This document shows, in pieces, positions 10,255 to 18,347 of a stretch of 64,000 nt of DNA (its first letter is position 1; each line of letters opens with the position of its first letter). The position numbers and the translations under genes are program-made. Origin of the DNA: Candidatus Omnitrophota bacterium (GTDB taxonomy: Bacteria > Omnitrophota > Gorgyraeia > Pluralincolimonadales > Pluralincolimonadaceae); assembly GCA_041651455.1 (NCBI GenBank), contig JBAZJG010000009.1:16450-80449 (forward strand), written 5' to 3'. The notes below the pieces were generated by a model. The model saw nothing but the letters and a program-made list of their open reading frames with translations, was not told where the DNA came from and did not search any database.

Positions 10255-11457
10255 ATGAACAGAGCGAGAATACATAAAGTTTGGATATTCATATTGGCTT
10301 ATGCCGCAGCATCGGCTTGGGCCGTAGTCCGGGCGGATGATGTAATCCTAAAAGAGAGCGGACGTGTCATTGTCGGCAGGATACTCGGAGAAAAAGACGG
10401 GATGCTTACCGTAAAGATGACTAAAGGCGGTACCTGCGTTCTCCCGAGGGATTGGATAAAGCAGATAATAAAGAAAGATATTGCCGACGAAGAGCTTTTT
10501 ACCAAAGGTGATTTATATCGGCAGAAGCTGAAAGACATCGATCCGGAATCCGCGGAAGACCATCTGTCGCTTGCCGATTGGTGCCTTAAGAACGGAACTC
10601 CGGAAAACGGAATGCTCTTTGCCGCCGAATCCCATTTTAATATTGCGATGCAGATTGATCCGGACTCCGCAAAACGCGGATCGGCAGAACTTCTAAAGGC
10701 AAGGGAGAAGACTGCCGAGAAGTCCTACTCTATAGCCGTGATAGAGTATGATAACGGAGAATACATTAAATCAGAAACCGAAGCACTATCGCTTATTTCC
10801 GCGTATGGTGAGACAAGATATGCATTAAAGGCTAAGGACTTGCTTGTCAAAATATGGGGCAAGGACAGGGCAGCCGCGTTACTGGAACCTAAAGATGATT
10901 TGCTTCCGGGAATTGTATATACAAAGGAAGACTTGCAGTCTGTTCTTTCAAACTTCCAAAATGAGGAGCAGGCAGAGCTGTATTTTTTGAAATGTATAAG
11001 AAAAGCGAAAGATTGCGAGCAGAGGAGCGAGGAAGTCCCTGTAGGCAAGAGGGCAGGTTATTACAGGATAGGCATTGACTGCTACAGAAATGTTTTGTCA
11101 AGCGTAAAGCCTGAGGTAAGGGCCATTGCAGATTTAAATATGCAGGTATTGCTTAAGAAATATTTTGTCGACCCGCCGGCATTGTACAGTGATTATTATT
11201 TCTCTCTTGCATCCAATATGATGCTGTTAATAAAGGACCAGCAACTCGTTCAGGATATAAGCACGCGGTACTCGGAGACAGGAGACGGATTATTCAAGAA
11301 GGCAAGAAGGCAAAAGCAGCCCGAGAAGGGCAAGAACGCAATGGCCGCATATTTCTGTTATTCCATAGCAAATAATTTTTCTAAGGACGGGAAGATAAGG
11401 GAGAATGCTATTGAGAATATGGTCGAATGCCAGCGCCTGGAGAGAGCACGCAAGTAG
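10255..11457 (+). CDS. Secreted partner protein, paralog B
   Basis: Signal peptide MNRARIHKVWIFILAYAAASAWA. Colinear with 6303..7514, including the C-terminal VECQRLERARK. Confidence 0.45.
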   Translation: MNRARIHKVWIFILAYAAASAWAVVRADDVILKESGRVIVGRILGEKDGMLTVKMTKGGTCVLPRDWIKQIIKKDIADEELFTKGDLYRQKLKDIDPESAEDHLSLADWCLKNGTPENGMLFAAESHFNIAMQIDPDSAKRGSAELLKAREKTAEKSYSIAVIEYDNGEYIKSETEALSLISAYGETRYALKAKDLLVKIWGKDRAAALLEPKDDLLPGIVYTKEDLQSVLSNFQNEEQAELYFLKCIRKAKDCEQRSEEVPVGKRAGYYRIGIDCYRNVLSSVKPEVRAIADLNMQVLLKKYFVDPPALYSDYYFSLASNMMLLIKDQQLVQDISTRYSETGDGLFKKARRQKQPEKGKNAMAAYFCYSIANNFSKDGKIRENAIENMVECQRLERARK

Positions 11458-11464
11458 GAGCGTC

Positions 11465-11520
11465 AAAATCTTGCTTTGGAAAAAGAAATAATTGACAACC
11501 GGGTTCTAATTTTATAGAAT
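11465..11520 (+). promoter_or_regulatory. Second copy of the conserved upstream element plus a sigma70 promoter: TTGACA (11492-11497), 17 nt, TAGAAT (11515-11520). It leaves only about a 7-nt leader before the pilM ATG at 11534.
   Basis: Read directly from the sequence. No Shine-Dalgarno motif lies between the -10 box and the ATG, which suggests a near-leaderless mRNA. Confidence 0.5.
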
Positions 11521-11533
11521 ATACGCAAGCCAT

Positions 11534-13132
11534 ATGGGAAAACGTGCTCTTGGAATCGATATAGGCGCAGGCTCAGTCAAGCTCGTAGAGCTTGAGAAGA
11601 CATCCGAAGGCGTGCAACTCCTTCGGGCAAAGTTTTTTGACCTCACTCAGCACCCCGACCAGGAGAAACGCGAAGCCCTCGTAAGGGAAGGTCTCGAAGG
11701 GCTCCTCAAGACAGAAAAGATCAGAAGCGGCAATACTGCAATATCCCTCTCAGGCCAATCAGTCTTCATCAGGTTCCTTAAGCTCCCCAAGATACAAAAA
11801 GGCAAAGTAGACAAGATAATAAAATACGAGGCCCAGCAGCAGGTTCCGTTCCCCCTTGATAAGATAACCTGGGACCACCAGATATTCCATAGCAGTGCCG
11901 GCCCGGAAGAGGATGTGCTCTTTGTCGCCGCCAAGAAGGAGCTTGTCGAGGCCACGTTATTGAATTTTTCGAGGACCGGCCTCAACGTCGAGATCGTCGA
12001 CGTGAGCCCGCTCTCACTACTCAACGCGATCACCTACAACGAGCCTCTCGCCAAAGGCGTCATAATAGATATAGGAGCGAAGGCGACGAACCTGATAGTC
12101 CTCGACGCAAAGGGCTTCTGGGTGCGCTCGGTGCTTGTGGCAGGCGATGAAATGACGCACGCGATAGCGTCGAAAATGAACATACCGTTCGACAAGGCCG
12201 AAGAACTCAAGCGCAAGGAAGGCATGGTCGTCCCGTCGGACAACCTCGTGCCGTCGAACATAAGCTCTACGGGCCAGGAGCTGGTAAACATACTTAATAC
12301 AGTTGTCTCCGACATGGTCTCGTCGATAATACAATCCCTGGAATTTTATAAGTCAAAGCACGGCAGGGACGTAGTCTTTGGAGAGGTAATACTCTCCGGC
12401 GGCGGTTCGAAGCTGAAGGGCATAGAGGACTACCTTGCAAAAGGCCTAGGAATGCAGATAAGGCGCGCGAACCTCGGCCAGAAGATAAAATGCCCTTCAA
12501 ACCTCAGGGTAGACATAGATTTCCAGTCGAGGTTCGGGGCCGCGATAGGCCTCGGCCTGCGCCTGCTCCAGAGATGCCCCACGAATATAGACCTGCTGCC
12601 TGCCGAAAGGAAAGAGGACAGGGATTTCAAGAAGGAAAGGATCTGGATAATGGCGGCAGGGGTCATGCTGTCGCTGATACCTTTCACGATAGCGATGAAT
12701 ATATGGTTCCAGTCCGGTGCGCTCAGGAAACAGATAATGTTTCTCGACGACATATTGGCGCAATATGACGACGTGAAAGCGAAAATAGCGTTGCTGAAAG
12801 ACGATATCAAGAAGGGCGAACAGAAGATAAAACCGCTCGAAGGCGTCGCTATAAGGAGATCGTTGCTTTTGGAGGCGCTCCTTGAAGTCGAGAAGCTGCT
12901 CCCGAAAGAGACGTGGTTGACCTCGCTTAGCGAAGAGAAGGATTGGGTCTCTATAGAAGGCAGGACTTCAGAGAACCTTCTCACTATAACGGAGTTCAAG
13001 AACAAGCTTTCTGCGTCATCGTTGTTCGATTCGGTTGAAATAATCTACGCTAGCCTTCCGAAGGATTCCGAGGAAGGTATTGGCCAGTTGAGGGATTTTT
13101 CGATCAAGTTCAAACTGAAGGCAGGACAGTAG
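11534..13132 (+). CDS. pilMN: PilM-PilN fusion protein (type IV pilus / T2SS inner-membrane assembly)
   Basis: The N-terminus ALGIDIGAGSVKLVEL is the actin-like PilM signature. The C-terminal third has a TM helix (IWIMAAGVMLSLIPFTIAMNIWF) followed by a coiled coil, as in PilN. Confidence 0.65.
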   Translation: MGKRALGIDIGAGSVKLVELEKTSEGVQLLRAKFFDLTQHPDQEKREALVREGLEGLLKTEKIRSGNTAISLSGQSVFIRFLKLPKIQKGKVDKIIKYEAQQQVPFPLDKITWDHQIFHSSAGPEEDVLFVAAKKELVEATLLNFSRTGLNVEIVDVSPLSLLNAITYNEPLAKGVIIDIGAKATNLIVLDAKGFWVRSVLVAGDEMTHAIASKMNIPFDKAEELKRKEGMVVPSDNLVPSNISSTGQELVNILNTVVSDMVSSIIQSLEFYKSKHGRDVVFGEVILSGGGSKLKGIEDYLAKGLGMQIRRANLGQKIKCPSNLRVDIDFQSRFGAAIGLGLRLLQRCPTNIDLLPAERKEDRDFKKERIWIMAAGVMLSLIPFTIAMNIWFQSGALRKQIMFLDDILAQYDDVKAKIALLKDDIKKGEQKIKPLEGVAIRRSLLLEALLEVEKLLPKETWLTSLSEEKDWVSIEGRTSENLLTITEFKNKLSASSLFDSVEIIYASLPKDSEEGIGQLRDFSIKFKLKAGQ

Positions 13133-13134
13133 AT

Positions 13135-13899
13135 ATGGCAAAGGGCATTAAGCCGCATGTAATGACGAAACTTGTGCTGGGGCTCGTGTTCCTCGGGTCC
13201 CTTTGTGTCGCCATATTTGTCGCTTTCGACAGGTCTTCCCTCGAGAGATCCATACAGGATAAGACCGGCGAACTCGAGAGTTATAAGGATCAGGGGCTTG
13301 CCGTCCTTAATAGGGATAGGCTCAGGCTCGAAAAACAGCTTAAGGCCCTTAAGGACGTGAACGACCAATTGAGTGCCGGGCTCTTCTCGAACCCGAAATC
13401 AAAGATGCCGAAGGAAGCCGGCGATGCGTTAAAGTTCAAGGAAGAACTTTACAGGGTCCAGAACAAGATAAAGGAAGAAGGGATGCCGATAGATTTCCAG
13501 TTCCCGTTCTGGCTCGGTTTCGAAAGATATGAGCACGATATTCCCGTTTCAGCCGATCTGCCTGTCAGGGCTAAGCAGCTCGAGATAATAAAAGAGATCA
13601 TGGATTTGATGTTGCAGGCGAAGGTTCCTGAGGTGTCGTCAATAGAGTTCCTCGAATCGAAGAACGTGACTTATGACGGCGGCAAGGAGCCGATGTTCAG
13701 GGAGTTCCCTGTAAGGATGTCATTCAAATGCAAGAACGACAACCTTCTCGGTTTCTTGTATAAGATATATGTTTCCGGTATACCTTTCAGAGTGGACATG
13801 CTCAAGATCAAGGTCCTTAATGAGGAGACCGGCGAGAAGGGCGAGCTTAAAGTGGAAGCCGTTATAGTGGCTGCAATACAGCAGGCGGATAAGATATGA
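13135..13899 (+). CDS. PilO-like bitopic membrane protein
   Basis: N-terminal TM helix (LVLGLVFLGSLCVAIFVAF), a coiled-coil segment and a periplasmic domain. Its position right after pilMN matches PilO. Confidence 0.4.
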   Translation: MAKGIKPHVMTKLVLGLVFLGSLCVAIFVAFDRSSLERSIQDKTGELESYKDQGLAVLNRDRLRLEKQLKALKDVNDQLSAGLFSNPKSKMPKEAGDALKFKEELYRVQNKIKEEGMPIDFQFPFWLGFERYEHDIPVSADLPVRAKQLEIIKEIMDLMLQAKVPEVSSIEFLESKNVTYDGGKEPMFREFPVRMSFKCKNDNLLGFLYKIYVSGIPFRVDMLKIKVLNEETGEKGELKVEAVIVAAIQQADKI

Positions 13900-14567
13900 A
13901 AGGCATCTATAAGATAGCCGCGATCGCATTGTTCATATTATGGTTTATACTGCTATGGTTGGCGCCGGTACTGTTTACGCCTAAGGATTTCTCGGTCCCG
14001 ACAGGCGAGGATAGCATAATTAAGTCAGATGATATTACGGTTGACGCGTCTAATGCGTATTCTACGCTTATAGAAAGCATAAAGTCCCCGTTTGCCGCTT
14101 CAAGATACCAGCAGCTCCTAGACAGGAACCTGTTCATCAAGCCGGAAACTCCTCCGCCGGTTTTTACTCCGGACAAGCTTAAAGTTGTGTCCATAGGGGC
14201 AACAAACCTGCCGTTCATATATACGGGGTTCATACAGAAGCAGGACGGCACTATAATAGGACAGATTAACTGGTCGGGGAAGACATATTTCGCGAAGAAG
14301 GGCGAGAAGTTCAAGGATTATAAGGTGCTCGAGATAAATTCGAAACAGATTAGGGCCGAGAACAAGGATGGACAGCTGACACTGGAATTCAAGAAACCCG
14401 TGAAGAGCAAAGAATTGATTGGAAAGCTCTTCAATTCCATGGATGACAAGACATATGAAGTGAAAAAGGGAGATGATATAAATGGTTATAAAGTTCTTGA
14501 CATTAAGGCCGATAGTGTGATAATATACGGCCAGGATCAAGAGTGGGTCATTAAAAAGGGGAGATGA
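13896..14567 (+). CDS. PilP-like or periplasmic assembly component (uncertain)
   Basis: N-terminal TM helix / signal anchor (IAAIALFILWFILLWLAPVLF). The assignment rests on operon position only. Confidence 0.3.
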   Translation: MKGIYKIAAIALFILWFILLWLAPVLFTPKDFSVPTGEDSIIKSDDITVDASNAYSTLIESIKSPFAASRYQQLLDRNLFIKPETPPPVFTPDKLKVVSIGATNLPFIYTGFIQKQDGTIIGQINWSGKTYFAKKGEKFKDYKVLEINSKQIRAENKDGQLTLEFKKPVKSKELIGKLFNSMDDKTYEVKKGDDINGYKVLDIKADSVIIYGQDQEWVIKKGR

Positions 14568-14572
14568 TATAA

Positions 14573-15691
14573 ATGGATATTACCAATGGGGTTAAAAGAA
14601 CGGTTCCGCCATTTTTTTGTATCTTTCTGACTTTCAATTTGTTCTTTATTATCTCATTGTATTATTTTGCCGGGGACGAAGCCTACGCTGCCACGGGAGC
14701 CGGATATTCTAATGATTCCCTTGAGGCAAAAATAATAGCCGAGGACCTGGCAAAGCAGAAGAAAGTAGAAAAGAAATCCCTCGTTGCAGACCTCTTTAAG
14801 CAGGCAAAAGCCTCATACGACGCGAAAGATTACGAGACCTCCCAGAAGATGTTCGAAAGAGTCGTCCAATTAGACCCGAAGAACAAGCAAGCCTCGCACT
14901 ATGTGGAATTGTGCAAGGAAGGCATGGCTAAGGATGTCCCCGCATCAATATCGGGCACCCTTATGAAGAGGGGTAAAGCAAATTACGCGAACAAACAGTA
15001 TTCGGCCGCAATAGCGGATTTTGAAACTGCGTTGGCCGCGAACCCTAATGACTCCGAAGCCAGGTTGTGGCTCGAGAAGGCCCATAAGGGAGAAGAACTG
15101 TATTCAAGGGAAAAATCGACCAAAGAAGAGCGAAAAGATATAGTTAATGATAGGAAGGTTTTGAAGGAAGAGAAGGACACGGCAGAGCAGGCAGCCCTGC
15201 GAGACGTCGACAAGGGTTGGCTGCCTCCGGCTGCGCCGGTAAAGGAAGAGCTTCAGGTTGAAGAGGTTATATCGGAATCCGAGAGGGCCGAACAGGAGGC
15301 CAAGAAGGCGCTTATCGATAAGATGCGCAGCGTGATGGTCCCTGCGATTTCAGTCACGGACGCTGATATCCAGGACCTGATACGTCAGCTTATGGAGATG
15401 ACCGGCGTCACGATAGTCGTGGATGAAAGGGAGCTTGCAGCCCTCACGAAGGATGCCCCTATAAAGATATCATTGAGCACTGCAACGCCAATGCCGTTGC
15501 TGGACGTGCTTGATATTGCGTTCAAGACGACGCAGTTGGGCTATAAAGTAGAGCCAAATTACGTATACGTAACGAGCAAGCGCATGAGGGATATAGAAGA
15601 CCTCGTGACAAGGACGTATAAGCTTAAATACCCGGAGCGCAAGACGAGGGAAGTTAAACTGAAGGAATTTGAGGTCAAAGAGGCGGAATAA
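14573..15691 (+). CDS. TPR-repeat protein with a C-terminal secretin N0 (STN-like) domain
   Basis: An N-terminal hydrophobic anchor, then TPR-like repeats (AKASYDAKDYETSQKMFERVVQLDPKN..., GKANYANKQYSAAIADFETALAANPND). The C-terminal ISVTDADIQDLIRQLMEMTGVTIVVDE...PLLDVLDIAFKTTQLGYKVEPNYVYVTS matches the GspD/PilQ N0 fold pattern. Confidence 0.5.
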   Translation: MDITNGVKRTVPPFFCIFLTFNLFFIISLYYFAGDEAYAATGAGYSNDSLEAKIIAEDLAKQKKVEKKSLVADLFKQAKASYDAKDYETSQKMFERVVQLDPKNKQASHYVELCKEGMAKDVPASISGTLMKRGKANYANKQYSAAIADFETALAANPNDSEARLWLEKAHKGEELYSREKSTKEERKDIVNDRKVLKEEKDTAEQAALRDVDKGWLPPAAPVKEELQVEEVISESERAEQEAKKALIDKMRSVMVPAISVTDADIQDLIRQLMEMTGVTIVVDERELAALTKDAPIKISLSTATPMPLLDVLDIAFKTTQLGYKVEPNYVYVTSKRMRDIEDLVTRTYKLKYPERKTREVKLKEFEVKEAE

Positions 15692-15693
15692 AT

Positions 15694-16809
15694 ATGGTAA
15701 AAAATCTCTGTCTTTTTGCGCTGGCGTCCCTTCTAATACTCCCCCGTATGGTGTCTGCAGAAGACATCAACGTCGCGAATTACCTGAAAGACAGCCTTCC
15801 TCCGCAGGAAGGCCGGAAGATAACGTATAACCAGTCATCAAAACTCCTTACCGTTACGGACACCAAGTCGAACCATAACCTGATAAAGAACCTTATAAAA
15901 CAGTTCGAGATAGGGCCAAAACAGGTCATGATCGAGACAAGGTTCGTAGAGGTCGATGTTACCGATCTCATGGAGATCGGTATTGAGTGGGATTTCTACA
16001 AACAGGGCCATCCTAGCGGCAAAGGTTTCAGGGGCATGCGTTGGGGCGATCCTACTCCCGGCGCCGATTATCAGGGCGTCCATTGGAATAACGACCTTGA
16101 ATCCACGTTCCCTATAACAGGGAATTTTGCCGGGCAGCTGGCGCTCTATAAAGTGCTGGAATCCGGTGATTATATAGTATCTAACCTCAGGGCTTTGGCT
16201 GAGCAGGGCAAGGTGAACCTGTTGTCATCCCCGAAGATAACGACGGTCGCCGGCCAAATGGCGAATATCCAGGTAGTCAGGACCCAGCCGTATGTTTCGG
16301 ACTTTACGCTTGAAAATATCGGTACGGCGGAAGACCCTATATGGAGCTATAAGCTAACTCTTGCCGAGAAGCCGATAGGTATATTTCTCGAGGCCACTCC
16401 TTATGTGACCGAAGGCTCGAACACGATAACGCTTGACCTCCATCCCGAGGTCAGCATATTGAGAGATCAGGTGCGGATATCGACGCTTACGACAAGCGGT
16501 GAGACCGGTGAACTCGGTAACGTTACCGCCGACGACTCGATACCGCTTATCCCGGAAGACCTCGGATGGCCTGTTGTGGATGTCAGGACTACGCAAACCA
16601 GCGTCGTAGTCGACAGCGGTCAGACGATAGTCCTTGGCGGGATGATCAAGGATGAAGAGCAGGTGATCAAGAGAAAAGTCCCGGTATTGGGGGATATACC
16701 GCTGCTTGGGAAGGCTTTCCAGTATGATTACAAAGAACAGCGCAAGAAGAACCTCCTTATATTCATCACGGCCAGCATCATCAATGCCAGAGGGGAGGTA
16801 ATAAGGTGA
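15694..16809 (+). CDS. Short secretin (GspD/PilQ family), paralog 1
   Basis: Signal peptide. VMIETRFVEV (start of the N3 / secretin domain). C-terminal KVPVLGDIPLLGKAFQY...KNLLIFITASII is the canonical secretin motif. Confidence 0.75.
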   Translation: MVKNLCLFALASLLILPRMVSAEDINVANYLKDSLPPQEGRKITYNQSSKLLTVTDTKSNHNLIKNLIKQFEIGPKQVMIETRFVEVDVTDLMEIGIEWDFYKQGHPSGKGFRGMRWGDPTPGADYQGVHWNNDLESTFPITGNFAGQLALYKVLESGDYIVSNLRALAEQGKVNLLSSPKITTVAGQMANIQVVRTQPYVSDFTLENIGTAEDPIWSYKLTLAEKPIGIFLEATPYVTEGSNTITLDLHPEVSILRDQVRISTLTTSGETGELGNVTADDSIPLIPEDLGWPVVDVRTTQTSVVVDSGQTIVLGGMIKDEEQVIKRKVPVLGDIPLLGKAFQYDYKEQRKKNLLIFITASIINARGEVIR

Positions 16810-17927
16810 AAAATATGATAAGAACGTTCCTATATATTCCGGTAATATCTCTGATAGTAATGTCGGCAGCGTATATTCCCGTGTGCCATGCGGCGGAAGG
16901 GGAAGAGACGGTCGCCGATACCTCAGTGTCAGGCGGGGAAGCTTCTACCATACAGGAATACCTGCAGCAGGCGCTTCCGGAGAATCCCGAGAGGAAGATA
17001 GTCCTGGACGAGGTGACGGGCGTGCTTACGGTTACGGATACACCGAGCAACCAGACGCTGGCAAAGGACCTTATAATGCTCTGGGACACGGGCCCGAGCC
17101 AGGTAAAGATCCAGGCGAGGTTTGTCGAGATCGAGATGACGGATATCGAGGAACTCGGCGTGGAGTGGTGGTGGTCGAGGGAGGACAGGCATTCGGAAAA
17201 GAACGGACGCTTTAGCAATATGGGCGTGAACATGTCCTCTCCGTCGATAAGCGAAGACGCGGCTGATGCGGCGATATTCGGCATGGCCAATGAGACGTCA
17301 GGTTTAGGCCTTAAGCTGGGCAGGTTCACCCAGGCCGGAAGCGTCATACAGGTATACCTGAAGGCGCTGCAGGAAGAAGGCAAGGCAAACCTTTTATCAT
17401 CCCCCACGGTAACGACCCTTTCAGGACAGATGGCGAACATACAGTTGGCTAATATAGTCCCCTATGCGTCGGATTTCACGAGGACGAATATAGGCAGCCC
17501 GGAGTTCCCGGTAATGGTAGAGGTTTATAAGGTGGCCGAAAAGGTCACAGGGATAATGCTTGAAGTCACTCCTACGGTCGCCGGCGACAGCCAGGTGGTC
17601 ACTATGGATATACATCCCGAGGTAAGCGTCCTTGTGGACCAGCTTCCTATCACGGCTTCAACGGAGTTCCCGGACGGCCTCGGATACCCGGTCATAGATA
17701 CGAGGACCGCACAGACATCGGTCGTTATAAAGAGCGGCGAGACTGTTGTTCTTGGCGGCCTTATCAGGGAAGACGAGAATGTGACGAAGAAGAAGGTCCC
17801 GTTCCTCGGAGATGTGCCGTTGATCGGAAATCTTTTCAAGACGCATCATACGAACAGCGTAAAGAAGAATCTCGTGATATTCCTCACGGCGACAGTACTT
17901 AATTCCAGAGGAGAGCCGGTACTATGA
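16806..17927 (+). CDS. Short secretin (GspD/PilQ family), paralog 2
   Basis: VKIQARFVEIEM, then KVPFLGDVPLIGNLFKTH...KNLVIFLTATVL. Colinear with the preceding gene. Confidence 0.75.
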   Translation: MKNMIRTFLYIPVISLIVMSAAYIPVCHAAEGEETVADTSVSGGEASTIQEYLQQALPENPERKIVLDEVTGVLTVTDTPSNQTLAKDLIMLWDTGPSQVKIQARFVEIEMTDIEELGVEWWWSREDRHSEKNGRFSNMGVNMSSPSISEDAADAAIFGMANETSGLGLKLGRFTQAGSVIQVYLKALQEEGKANLLSSPTVTTLSGQMANIQLANIVPYASDFTRTNIGSPEFPVMVEVYKVAEKVTGIMLEVTPTVAGDSQVVTMDIHPEVSVLVDQLPITASTEFPDGLGYPVIDTRTAQTSVVIKSGETVVLGGLIREDENVTKKKVPFLGDVPLIGNLFKTHHTNSVKKNLVIFLTATVLNSRGEPVL

Positions 17928-18247
17928 AACGCAAGCTTATAGTCGTGTCGGTGGTATTGGCCGCGGCGGTTGCCGCTTCTACGGTGTTCGCGCAGGTCAT
18001 AACAAAGACGAAGCCTTCTGGCGGCAAACAGAAGGATATAGTCCTTACGACGGCTGATATGAAGGACTCCTATAAGGTCGTCGGAATAGTATCGGCGCGC
18101 GGCGGAGAGGTGAATCTGGACGGTTTGAACGCAAAATTGAAGGATGCGGCCAGGGACCTGGGAGCCGATTGCGTCATAGGCATAAACTATTTCAACTATA
18201 GCGGTTATGTCTACGCTTATGGCACGGCAATAAAGCTCAAGGAATAG
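17924..18247 (+). CDS. Small exported protein (107 aa) ending the secretin operon, possibly a pilotin-like accessory
   Basis: Signal peptide MKRKLIVVSVVLAAAVAASTVFAQV. Function assumed from position only. Confidence 0.3.
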   Translation: MKRKLIVVSVVLAAAVAASTVFAQVITKTKPSGGKQKDIVLTTADMKDSYKVVGIVSARGGEVNLDGLNAKLKDAARDLGADCVIGINYFNYSGYVYAYGTAIKLKE

Positions 18248-18347
18248 AGCAACCAGTCTTGTTTGGGTTTCACGCCTGTTTGTTTTTCCCGCACATTGCC
18301 TACACCGGAAATGTACCCATTAAAAAGTAGAAATTTCATATAAAGAT

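Noticed and set aside
18248-18347. Intergenic region before polA examined for a terminator of the secretin operon
   Set aside because: Only weak, imperfect inverted repeats with no U-run. No convincing intrinsic terminator could be defined by eye.
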